From a virus, in the IMG/VR virus record IMGVR_UViG_3300004829_000003: a stretch of DNA of 33,570 bases. One strand, given 5' to 3'. Both the position numbers and the translations under genes were made by a program. Position 1 is the first letter of the stretch. Each line of letters opens with the position of its first letter. The notes below the pieces were generated by a model. It saw only the letters and a program-made list of their open reading frames with translations, was not told the DNA's origin and did no database searches. Positions 5,673 through 13,064 of the stretch are shown piece by piece.

Positions 5673-6122
5673 ATGAGCATCTTTAATACAAAAGACCCAG
5701 TAGTTGAAGAAAATGTTATGCGTCAAAAGATTGAGCTTGTTCTCAATCGACAGACTGAGACATTGCATCAGCTAGTTGCAATCACCAAACAAATTGAGCA
5801 AGTAATGAAAGTTCTTACTCGTGTAGCATTAGATGTTTCATCCAAGGCAGCCAAGCCAGATGAAACAAAGCAACTAACTTTTGCGCCAATCAAACGCACA
5901 TATATTGCTGGCAAAAAAGACCTTGCTCGGTTGCAGCAACTGCATGACTTCATGTCTGGTGATATCCCCGTCAACTTGCCAACCCTGCAAGGTATATGGA
6001 GCTGCACAGAAAAAGCAGCATCAGGCACAATCTGGCGGTTTGATAAAGATGAACGATACATTGTAGAGCGCATCAAGATACAAGGGCAGCCTACATTGTT
6101 TACAATCAAGGAGGCATTATGA
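5673..6122 (+). CDS. Hypothetical 149-aa protein
   Basis: AGGAGG at 5659-5664, then ATG 5673. ATGA overlap with the next gene. Confidence 0.7.
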   Translation: MSIFNTKDPVVEENVMRQKIELVLNRQTETLHQLVAITKQIEQVMKVLTRVALDVSSKAAKPDETKQLTFAPIKRTYIAGKKDLARLQQLHDFMSGDIPVNLPTLQGIWSCTEKAASGTIWRFDKDERYIVERIKIQGQPTLFTIKEAL

Positions 6123-6400
6123 CCTTACCTACCTACCTTACAGCACAGCAGGGCATGTTCGATGCCCTGCAAGTGCAGAAGCACCACCAAACAACCATTG
6201 ATTTGGTGAAGGTTGGCACAGCACTTGGCAACAAGTTATGGCCCAACGAAATCATGACTGTTGCCGAATGCATTGTTGGCAAAGACACACCAGCATTCAA
6301 CCATCTCATCAAGCATGCGATGGAAGAATACGAAAGACTAGCAGATGCAGAAATGGAGGTAATCGCAGATGGATACTGCACAAATCAACACATCGCCTGA
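6119..6400 (+). CDS. Hypothetical 93-aa protein
   Basis: AGGAGG precedes ATG 6119. ATGA coupling to the upstream gene. Confidence 0.7.
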   Translation: MTLPTYLTAQQGMFDALQVQKHHQTTIDLVKVGTALGNKLWPNEIMTVAECIVGKDTPAFNHLIKHAMEEYERLADAEMEVIADGYCTNQHIA

Positions 6401-6596
6401 GATGTCATGGTCACAGGCTCATGGGATTATACAAACCCTTGTAATCGCTAAGATTGTTGCTCTTGAGAGCAAAGCCAAATCGCATGAAGAAGAACATGAA
6501 GAAGAAGACTACTCTCATGCAGAGGCGGCAAAGGTATATCGTCGTGAAGCAGAAGTTTTACGTGAAGCACTCTTTGTTTTAGCAAGAGGCGTATAA
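6369..6596 (+). CDS. Hypothetical small acidic protein (75 aa; alternative start ATG 6402)
   Basis: Track ORF with a glutamate/histidine-rich centre (SHEEEHEEEDYSH). The start is ambiguous between 6369 and 6402. Confidence 0.5.
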   Translation: MDTAQINTSPEMSWSQAHGIIQTLVIAKIVALESKAKSHEEEHEEEDYSHAEAAKVYRREAEVLREALFVLARGV

Positions 6597-6602
6597 AACA
6601 TA

Positions 6603-6645
6603 GCGTCAAGGCCAGAAAGCCATCAATACTGGATGGCCTTGACGC
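6603..6645 (+). repeat. 11-bp perfect inverted repeat (stem-loop; possible weak terminator or operator)
   Basis: GCGTCAAGGCC (6603-6613) and GGCCTTGACGC (6635-6645) with a 21-nt loop and no trailing T-run. It lies between the 75-aa gene and the HTH pair. Confidence 0.6.
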
Positions 6646-6649
6646 ATTT

Positions 6650-6877
6650 ATGCTACACAGTTATATGTACTATATGATTACATATTTAGAACAATTAAAT
6701 AATGCAGCTGCGCCAACTGGCATAAAGTTAGTTGAGTTTTTCAAGCAAGCAAAAATACCTACGTCAACATACTATCGTGCAATCGGGGGTCAAGATTTGC
6801 GTCTGTCAACAGCAACAAAGGTTGAAGATGCGATCCAAACTTACTCATTACACAAATCCCAAAGTGAATACGAATAG
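6650..6877 (+). CDS. Small HTH-like DNA-binding protein (start 6650, 6665 or 6674)
   Basis: IKLVEFFKQAKIPTSTYYRAIGG resembles a helix-turn-helix. Confidence 0.5.
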   Translation: MLHSYMYYMITYLEQLNNAAAPTGIKLVEFFKQAKIPTSTYYRAIGGQDLRLSTATKVEDAIQTYSLHKSQSEYE

Positions 6878-7079
6878 TTGGCAAGATTTAGTAGCAACTC
6901 TTGTGGCTATTAGAAACAAACGTGGCTATAGTCAAGAAGAGTTGGCGCACCGCATTGGATGTGCTGCATCTTTGATACACAAATGGGAACAATACAAAAG
7001 AGTTCCGTCAGGATTTATGTTTGTCTGCTGGCTGGATGCGCTCGAAGCGCAAATCGAAATCAAAGAAACTACAGGATAG
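6828..7079 (+). CDS. XRE/Cro-family HTH regulator
   Basis: RGYSQEELAHRIGCAASLIHKWEQYKRVPS is a classic Cro/C1-type HTH. The start is uncertain (ATG 6828 overlaps the upstream ORF; GTG 6864 is possible). Confidence 0.65.
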   Translation: MRSKLTHYTNPKVNTNSWQDLVATLVAIRNKRGYSQEELAHRIGCAASLIHKWEQYKRVPSGFMFVCWLDALEAQIEIKETTG

Positions 7080-7347
7080 CAGAGGAAAACCTGCCGCATG
7101 TGAACATTGTGGAAGCACATCGCACTGGTTTTCAGTGATGGCAAGCGGCTCTATTTGGTGTGATGATTGTTTGGAGTATTACGGATGGGAACATCTAGCC
7201 GCAACAAAGGCAGCTACCACGAACGATGGTGGTGTAACTGGTTCAATGAGAAGGGGTGCGAAGCGAAACGCCAACCGCTATCTGGCGCGTTGGGAGGTGA
7301 GTGGAAGTCCGATATCTCTATCGCCACCAGACAAGGAAGATTGGTAG
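7021..7347 (+). CDS. Possible zinc-ribbon ORF overlapping neighbours in another frame
   Basis: CEHCGSTSHWFSVMASGSIWCDDC gives a CxxC...CxxC pattern. The distal half overlaps the resolvase gene out of frame and looks like noise, so the extent is uncertain. Confidence 0.3.
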   Translation: MSAGWMRSKRKSKSKKLQDSRGKPAACEHCGSTSHWFSVMASGSIWCDDCLEYYGWEHLAATKAATTNDGGVTGSMRRGAKRNANRYLARWEVSGSPISLSPPDKEDW

Positions 7348-7523
7348 CTGAATCAAAGTATCAAGCTACTGGACGTGGCTTCTCGTTTCTTACCAAGACA
7401 CACAAGACACAACCAGCAGACATCTATCTTCTCAAACAGAAGACAGGGCCAAACTTTATATGCATTGAAGTCAACAACCCGTTGGCTGAAAAAATAGCGC
7501 GATGGCTAGCTGGAGGTGACTAA
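7185..7523 (+). CDS. Hjc-like PD-(D/E)XK Holliday-junction resolvase / endonuclease
   Basis: Trimmed to ATG 7185 after GGAG. NKGSYHERWWCNWFNEKGCEAKRQPLSG...SDISIA...VAESK matches the KGxxxER...R.P.SG...DI...E.K pattern of archaeal-type resolvases. Confidence 0.65.
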   Translation: MGTSSRNKGSYHERWWCNWFNEKGCEAKRQPLSGALGGEWKSDISIATRQGRLVAESKYQATGRGFSFLTKTHKTQPADIYLLKQKTGPNFICIEVNNPLAEKIARWLAGGD

Positions 7524-7579
7524 CCATCGCGCCGCGCATTTGGAGGTCTGACTGCGCACGACACAGAATACTTTTATTC

Positions 7580-7608
7580 TTGATACTGTCAAGGCACACT
7601 GCTAGACT
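7580..7608 (+). promoter_or_regulatory. Candidate sigma70-like promoter
   Basis: TTGATA (7580-7585), 17-nt spacer, TAGACT (7603-7608), in the 100-nt gap after the resolvase gene. Confidence 0.25.
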
Positions 7609-7627
7609 ATTCGATACGGAGGTCAAT

Positions 7628-7855
7628 ATGAAACAGCGTGATCCAAACTACAGGCTGCCGCGCAATCAGGTTATACCTGACAAGCGACAGTCTCTCATTG
7701 AAAGCATGCATGAACAGGAGGTTTTAGATGCAAGCATTGACAACAGAAATCAAAGCCAAAGCACTGGCTCGTCTAACAGACGCAGCTACCAAGCCAATGC
7801 TAGTGACGAGCATGATAGAAGATGGCGTGAGTTCATTAGTTCCATTGGAAACTAA
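7628..7855 (+). CDS. Possible small ORF (75 aa) overlapping the next gene
   Basis: GGAGG plus 7 nt precede ATG 7628, but the last ~128 nt overlap the 7728 gene and translate to low-complexity sequence. Confidence 0.35.
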   Translation: MKQRDPNYRLPRNQVIPDKRQSLIESMHEQEVLDASIDNRNQSQSTGSSNRRSYQANASDEHDRRWREFISSIGN

Positions 7856-8252
7856 GCTGAACAAACATTACGAACTTGTCTTCTATCGTATTGATCGTGA
7901 CGCCCCACTACACAGATTGCATGAAGCATACGAGATGGTGCAAAAAGCCCTAGTACCTTTGCCTGTTAAAGATATTGAAGAGCGTATTACTATGCTTTGT
8001 GCGTTGATTACTTTAGCAAAGGACTTCAGCCCAAAGGTGCTTGACATGAAGCGCAAAGCTCTTGCATCTAAGCTGGCAGAATATCCAGCTGACATTGTGA
8101 TTGATGCATTTGGTTACATCGAGCGCAATGTCAGGTTTTTTCCAACACTAGCAGAGTTTATCAACGAAGCTGGCATTGGCTGGAAGTCTAAGCCACGGTT
8201 CATGTTACGTGATGAGTTGCAGAAATGCATTGATTACCAAGAGGCGGTGTGA
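7728..8252 (+). CDS. Hypothetical 174-aa protein (weak resemblance to phage helicase-loader / replisome-organiser C-terminal pattern)
   Basis: AGGAGG precedes ATG 7728. LAEYPADIVIDAFGYIERNVRFFPTLAEFI resembles the 'yp..v..A...y.......fPt.aei' pattern of G39P-like loaders. This is from memory only. Confidence 0.6.
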   Translation: MQALTTEIKAKALARLTDAATKPMLVTSMIEDGVSSLVPLETKLNKHYELVFYRIDRDAPLHRLHEAYEMVQKALVPLPVKDIEERITMLCALITLAKDFSPKVLDMKRKALASKLAEYPADIVIDAFGYIERNVRFFPTLAEFINEAGIGWKSKPRFMLRDELQKCIDYQEAV

Positions 8253-8256
8253 TACG

Positions 8257-8355
8257 ATGGACGAAGATGAATTAGAAGATGACGGCCAGCCAAGCTGGGA
8301 GCAAGAGTGGGAGGATTTTGGCGAAGTCTACGATGACGAGCCAACCCACATATAA
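8257..8355 (+). CDS. Possible 32-aa highly acidic micro-ORF
   Basis: Hand translation MDEDELEDDGQPSWEQEWEDFGEVYDDEPTHI (15 of 32 residues are D/E). It fills the gap between genes, has a weak RBS and is below the track cutoff. Confidence 0.3.
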   Translation: MDEDELEDDGQPSWEQEWEDFGEVYDDEPTHI

Positions 8356-8372
8356 ATAGATGGAGGTCTATC

Positions 8373-9155
8373 ATGGAAAGAAAAGGTTTTATCGGCGGCT
8401 CCGATATGTATTCAATCGTTCGTGGCGATTGGAATACGCTATGGCATGTCAAAACTGGACGCACTGAACCAGAAAATCTGAGCGATGAATTCAATGTGCA
8501 GCTTGGCATTCGCACTGAATCATTCAACATGGAGTGGCTTGCCAAGTGTACTGGCTGGGATGTAATGACAAGCCCAGATATTATACGCAAGAAAATATCT
8601 GGCGTTCCCTATCAAGCAAGAGCAGATGGCATAGCTTACGACAAAGATGGCGTAGCTATGATTGTCGAGTGCAAACATACAGCAAGCTACCGCAGCATGT
8701 CAGATATGTTGGATGCATATCTACCACAAGTACATTTGTATATGCGCATACATGAACTAGACAAAGCTGTATTCTCTGTCATCTTTGGCAATCAATGGGA
8801 ATATTGTGTAGTAGATTTCAACAAAGATTATTGGAAAGAGGTTAGTACACAAGCGTATCAATTCTGGCAAATGGTAGAGTCTGACGTTGAGCCAGTACAA
8901 AATCATGCCAACAAAGTTGATTGGGCAAACGTCAAGATTGATGGTCTTGTTATGCGTGATGCAAGCAAAGACAACGAGTTTATGGACGCTGCTCACAGAT
9001 TTGTGAATAGTTCACAGACAGCCAAGGAACATGAGGCCGTCAAAAAAGAATTGCGGTCAATGGTAAAAGACACAGAACGTGAAGTCTATTGTGATCTATT
9101 GACCATAAAGCGTGACAAGCGTGGTGCTTGTCGTATCACAATCAACTCTGACTAG
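8373..9155 (+). CDS. YqaJ-like / lambda-exonuclease-type PD-(D/E)XK recombination exonuclease
   Basis: GGAGG RBS; GFIGGSDMYSIVRG...ADGIAY...MIVECKHT pattern. It sits immediately upstream of the annealing protein. Confidence 0.7.
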   Translation: MERKGFIGGSDMYSIVRGDWNTLWHVKTGRTEPENLSDEFNVQLGIRTESFNMEWLAKCTGWDVMTSPDIIRKKISGVPYQARADGIAYDKDGVAMIVECKHTASYRSMSDMLDAYLPQVHLYMRIHELDKAVFSVIFGNQWEYCVVDFNKDYWKEVSTQAYQFWQMVESDVEPVQNHANKVDWANVKIDGLVMRDASKDNEFMDAAHRFVNSSQTAKEHEAVKKELRSMVKDTEREVYCDLLTIKRDKRGACRITINSD

Positions 9156-9164
9156 GAGGTAACA

Positions 9165-9611
9165 ATGGCAGAGAAAAAACAAACCATCGCTGATGCATTT
9201 ATTTCATGGCATGCAGAAGAAGTAAAGGCTAGCAAAGACGGCAAGAACCCACACTTTCGTTCAACATATTCTACGTTAGAAGAAGTGATTGCTGCTTGCC
9301 GCAAAGCAGGTCAACATGGCCTGACGTTTACACAGCTAATTGATATGGATGATACTGGTCGCATGTTTGTCAAGACTATTGTCATGCATGTCAATGGCGA
9401 AGTGTTGACAAGCCGCACACCCATCGTGTCACAAGACTTGACTAATCCACAAAAGATGGGGTCAGGCATTACCTATGCTAAACGCTATGGTTTGCAAGCT
9501 GCGTTTGGTCTACCGTCAGAAGATGACGATGGAAATAAAGCAGCAGAACCAAAGACTTACAAAGAACCAATGCCACACAACACACCAACAGACCAACCGT
9601 CAGAATATTAG
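9165..9611 (+). CDS. erf: ERF-family single-strand annealing protein
   Basis: AGGAGG RBS; NPHFRSTYSTLEEVIAACRKAGQHGL...NPQKMGSGITYAKRYGLQAAFGLPSEDDDG is the ERF signature as I know it. Confidence 0.7.
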   Translation: MAEKKQTIADAFISWHAEEVKASKDGKNPHFRSTYSTLEEVIAACRKAGQHGLTFTQLIDMDDTGRMFVKTIVMHVNGEVLTSRTPIVSQDLTNPQKMGSGITYAKRYGLQAAFGLPSEDDDGNKAAEPKTYKEPMPHNTPTDQPSEY

Positions 9612-9620
9612 GAGCAATAC

Positions 9621-10055
9621 ATGGACAACAAACTTAGTCATAACAAAGGCAGAGTCTTTCCTATTACAGAAAAAGATGAACAATACATTGGCAAGCCAAT
9701 TTTGTCAGGCAAGCTCAACATTGAAGAATGGGCAAAACAAATAGATGATGAGTACGAACCACGTTGTGTGCTGTTCAAAAAAGAAATAAACGGACAGCGC
9801 AAATTAGCTGTCTTTATAGAAATTGGTTTGATGCATGACAACGGTCCTGATGTGCCAGAGGGCAAGCCCAACTATGGCGGCAAGATTGGTCAGCAGAACA
9901 TATCTGCGTACAAAAACAAATCACAGAATGGCTCAGATTACATGGGGCTTAGTGTCTACACACCAAACAAAGACCCAGAGCCAACAAGACAAGAACAGGT
10001 TATCCAACCAGCAACAGTCGATGGGGGAACAATCGATGACGACATCCCGTTCTGA
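9621..10055 (+). CDS. Atypical single-stranded DNA-binding protein with a canonical acidic tip
   Basis: The C-terminus is DDDIPF and the gene follows exo and erf. The N-terminal ~120 aa do not resemble a bacterial SSB OB fold by eye. Confidence 0.55.
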   Translation: MDNKLSHNKGRVFPITEKDEQYIGKPILSGKLNIEEWAKQIDDEYEPRCVLFKKEINGQRKLAVFIEIGLMHDNGPDVPEGKPNYGGKIGQQNISAYKNKSQNGSDYMGLSVYTPNKDPEPTRQEQVIQPATVDGGTIDDDIPF

Positions 10056-10263
10056 TCGCACAACGACAGCCAACCCATACAACGCAACGCCCTACAAAGT
10101 AGGCGTTGTTGTTGAACACTTTGTTGAGTTTTGCTTTGCTGCCCAAAATACAGCAGAAGCAAAACTCATAGTAGAAAACAAACTGCGAAAGTTTAAAAAC
10201 CCTACACAACTACAAAAAGCAGTAATAGGTGATATACATTTTATTGAAGTCAAAGAAGTTTGA
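10036..10263 (+). CDS. Hypothetical 75-aa protein
   Basis: Track ORF 9835..10263 trimmed to ATG 10036 (alternative 10021), a 20-nt overlap with the SSB-like gene. Confidence 0.5.
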   Translation: MTTSRSDRTTTANPYNATPYKVGVVVEHFVEFCFAAQNTAEAKLIVENKLRKFKNPTQLQKAVIGDIHFIEVKEV

Positions 10264-10412
10264 TGACAACAAAAACCTATACCGTCACCCTTACAGGCAA
10301 ACAAGTAAAGCTATTGTTAGAGCTTACAAAACATCCTGCACTAGCAAAAGCAGTACAAGCTAAACACATTGTAAACCTACAATCTATTTGCAGAAAGATA
10401 AAAGAAACATGA
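10263..10412 (+). CDS. Hypothetical 49-aa protein
   Basis: Hand translation MTTKTYTVTLTGKQVKLLLELTKHPALAKAVQAKHIVNLQSICRKIKET. There is a TGATG overlap upstream and an ATGA overlap downstream. Confidence 0.4.
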   Translation: MTTKTYTVTLTGKQVKLLLELTKHPALAKAVQAKHIVNLQSICRKIKET

Positions 10413-10936
10413 TGCGTAAATGGAAAATCAAAAGAGGCGAGATGCTTGAAGATTTAATAAGCCTCCTACAATTAAGAGCCTCATCAACAGGCAAACAAAA
10501 AAAAGAAATTGATGACCAAATTATAGAACGACATGCAATGCCGTGGTATGAAGAAGGTTATGTTGATAGCGAAAGAAAAATAAAGTTTGTTAAAAAGGCA
10601 AAAAAATTAATCCAAAAGATATCTCATCTTATTAACCAACCACACGAACTATCACAAAAATGGATGAGTGGCATATCAAATATAGATGAAGGATATGGGC
10701 CACATGCGCCAAATCCACCTTCAATATTAAATGAAGAATCAATAAAAGAGCAATTTAGAATATGGCATTGGACAGGTGGCGCACAAGGCCACAAAGGCCA
10801 ACAAGGTTATGCTATGTCTAAAGCTATTAAAGATAGATTAGATAAAACTAGATTAGACATAGAAACTTATCAAAGAAGGTTACAAGACAATGCTGAAGAA
10901 AAATTTTTGGCAGAAAAAAACAGAGAGATAAATTAG
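10409..10936 (+). CDS. Hypothetical 175-aa protein (AT-rich gene)
   Basis: Track ORF trimmed to ATG 10409. No motif recognised. Confidence 0.6.
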   Translation: MMRKWKIKRGEMLEDLISLLQLRASSTGKQKKEIDDQIIERHAMPWYEEGYVDSERKIKFVKKAKKLIQKISHLINQPHELSQKWMSGISNIDEGYGPHAPNPPSILNEESIKEQFRIWHWTGGAQGHKGQQGYAMSKAIKDRLDKTRLDIETYQRRLQDNAEEKFLAEKNREIN

Positions 10937-10938
10937 AC

Positions 10939-11253
10939 ATGAATCGTGCAGATATATTATCTAAAGCACACGATGCTGTGCAATCAAGAGGCACAGACTA
11001 TGGCTCACCAGCAGAAAACTTTGAACGCATTGCAGCAATCTGGTCAGCGTATGCAGACACAGAGTTTAGTGTAGAGGATGTTGGCATAATGATGATGATA
11101 GTAAAGATATCACGTCTGATGGAAACACCAGCACACGAAGATAGCTGGGTAGACTTAGCTGGCTATGCTGCTATTACTGCCGAAGCGATAGCAGATAGTC
11201 AAGATAATCTGCACCTGCTTGCGGATCAACAAAACATTGAACCCAAGAAGTAG
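10939..11253 (+). CDS. Conserved phage protein (DUF6378-like pattern)
   Basis: RGTDYGSPAENFERIAAIWS...DVGIMMMIVKISRL...HEDSWVDLAGYAA matches a widespread phage family from memory. The last 80 nt overlap the convergent gene. Confidence 0.55.
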   Translation: MNRADILSKAHDAVQSRGTDYGSPAENFERIAAIWSAYADTEFSVEDVGIMMMIVKISRLMETPAHEDSWVDLAGYAAITAEAIADSQDNLHLLADQQNIEPKK

Positions 11254-12166
11254 GTGAATCAGATTGAGGGTCTATCAACTGAAAGATAGCTTGTCCAAAG
11301 TTTTGCTGGTCAAAACCTTTGACCATGGCGTAAGTGTCATGGAATTTATAACCACGACATCTGGCAAGCCACGCTGTACTTTTCTTTTCCACGTCTTCAA
11401 TTTGCGCCAAGCCCCAGTTATGCCTGTGTCCACTTATGTACAACTCGGCATGACCTTTAAACCTAGCCATTTTGTTTTGGGCGTGAAGCGAGTTCCATTG
11501 GCTATGGCCCGACATGTCGTGAGCCGCGTGTATGCGGCACTGCCGTCCATTTGGAAACCGAAGGTTGACTCTGGCCTCCCAGTCTTCACGAATGGTGTGA
11601 CCACTAGCTATCCATTTCAACGGGTCGCCAGCACCAGACCACATGTCATGGTTGCCGCCAATGAGAACAAGCGGATTCATCTCGCCTATCAACCATTCAA
11701 CTAACTTCCACGCTGTTTTATGGGATGTGTCCTGTTCGCCGTACAATCGCCCCAGACGGCCAACCCAGTTATTCTGGTAGTCACCTACCGAACAGCCATA
11801 GATGTGCGTGTGTGAGGCTATTATGGACAAATGAGAGCGTAATGAATCCCAATCGCAGTAATTGTCATCAATATGTGGGTCGCCTAACCACAAAAGCCCG
11901 ATGGGATCATCGGACTTCATCTCAATATTATACCAACGTGTAGCTTCTTTGAATTGTTTGCGCTTCTGAAAGCGGTTATGAAGATGCTTGACTATCTCTT
12001 CGACAGGCAAATCATCTTCTGGTATCTCTGGCAGAATGTATGATTGGTTCTTGACTTCGTTAAGTCTGCGATGAAACTCGCTCTTTGAGATGCCTAATGA
12101 TTTTGCCGCATCTCTAATGTTACCGTATGTATCGTATGCCGCTTCAATTTCAGCTTTCTTTTCCAT
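11174..12166 (-). CDS. HTH domain fused to a calcineurin-like metallophosphoesterase
   Basis: N-terminal YGNIRDAAKSLGISKSEFHRRL (HTH), then GDPHIDD, GDYQNN, GGNHD and GHRH, which together form the D..H/GD/GNHD/GHxH metallophosphoesterase motif set. Confidence 0.7.
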   Translation of the reverse strand: MEKKAEIEAAYDTYGNIRDAAKSLGISKSEFHRRLNEVKNQSYILPEIPEDDLPVEEIVKHLHNRFQKRKQFKEATRWYNIEMKSDDPIGLLWLGDPHIDDNYCDWDSLRSHLSIIASHTHIYGCSVGDYQNNWVGRLGRLYGEQDTSHKTAWKLVEWLIGEMNPLVLIGGNHDMWSGAGDPLKWIASGHTIREDWEARVNLRFPNGRQCRIHAAHDMSGHSQWNSLHAQNKMARFKGHAELYISGHRHNWGLAQIEDVEKKSTAWLARCRGYKFHDTYAMVKGFDQQNFGQAIFQLIDPQSDSPTSWVQCFVDPQAGADYLDYLLSLRQ

Positions 12167-12572
12167 TACATTCTAACATCATGTCACGCAATTCCTTGCC
12201 ACGATTCCCTACTTGATTAAACCAAAGTGAGTCTTCCATTTCATGTGCAGCTTTATCCCACATGCGGTCTTCCAACGCCCCGATAAACTTTTTAAATTGG
12301 GAAAACCTAGGCCAGCCCATGTTAAATACCATAGATGCGATAACCATTTGTGCTTGTTCTGGCAAATCACGCCACCAATCCATGCGGTCATCTAATTCTT
12401 TAAACACAATCTCAACATCATCTTGAAGAATAACCATTGCCGCTTCTGCTGATATAGGCATCATCATATTGTGACCATACCCAATAGTCGGCACACCTAC
12501 TGTGTCATGGTACATCTCAAGACGCAGCCCTTCGTGCTTGGCAACAAGTTCTAAAAATTTAGATTGGTTCAT
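12150..12572 (-). CDS. Endolysin, T4-type lysozyme (GH24)
   Basis: HEGLRLEMYHDTVGVPTIGYGHN parallels T4 lysozyme [22 protein letters not shown] (catalytic E, D, T). Confidence 0.85.
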   Translation of the reverse strand: MNQSKFLELVAKHEGLRLEMYHDTVGVPTIGYGHNMMMPISAEAAMVILQDDVEIVFKELDDRMDWWRDLPEQAQMVIASMVFNMGWPRFSQFKKFIGALEDRMWDKAAHEMEDSLWFNQVGNRGKELRDMMLECNGKES

Positions 12573-12913
12573 TTTTTAAACATCTTAGTCAACTGCTGTA
12601 CCCCAAATGACGCAGCAAATACCACGCCAACCGCAGTCTTATAAAAATCCGGCATCGTGTCAAGTGCAGCAAATCCACGCTCAACAATGTCTTCATTGCC
12701 AGTAAAGGCTAATATCAATGGAATGCTTACAAGAATTGTAAGCCACTCGTCTTTCCACGATGATGAAGAGTTCTTTGCCTGTTCAAGATTCCATTCTTGT
12801 TCGCCAGCAGCAACACGCTTAGCAACAGCAGCTTTGGCTTTCTGTGTTTCAACTTTGGACTCAACCCATGAACCAGCGATATTAGCTATCGGTGCTATCA
12901 ATGCTTGCAACAT
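12569..12913 (-). CDS. Holin (GTA-type 3TM-holin-like)
   Basis: Trimmed to ATG 12913. N-terminal MLQALIAPIANIAGSWVE, a charged helix, then hydrophobic WLTILVSIPLILAF and TAVGVVFAASFGV. ATGA overlap with the endolysin. Confidence 0.5.
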   Translation of the reverse strand: MLQALIAPIANIAGSWVESKVETQKAKAAVAKRVAAGEQEWNLEQAKNSSSSWKDEWLTILVSIPLILAFTGNEDIVERGFAALDTMPDFYKTAVGVVFAASFGVQQLTKMFKK

Positions 12914-12914
12914 A

Positions 12915-13064
12915 TTATTTACCCCAATATAAACGCCAAAGTTTCCAGCCAACATAAATAATTGACAATACGCCAAGCACCAGCGTTACCCACATATTTA
13001 AAGTGGGTAGCCATAGCGGAGCCGATACACCACCTGTCGCTATGATAAGATCATCAGGTTTCAT
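12915..13064 (-). CDS. Small single-TM protein (49 aa), possible second holin/antiholin
   Basis: Trimmed to ATG 13064 (TAATG overlap). TM segment WVTLVLGVLSIIYVGW. Confidence 0.5.
   Translation of the reverse strand: MKPDDLIIATGGVSAPLWLPTLNMWVTLVLGVLSIIYVGWKLWRLYWGK

Noticed and set aside
6650-7079. Lysogeny module (CI/Cro switch), implying a temperate phage
   Set aside because: No integrase, excisionase, att-like repeat or LexA-type peptidase domain is visible. HTH proteins alone are insufficient.
7150-7190. Programmed -1 frameshift fusing the zinc-ribbon frame to the resolvase frame
   Set aside because: There is no X XXY YYZ slippery heptamer or downstream structure at the frame junction, and the resolvase has its own GGAG-led ATG.
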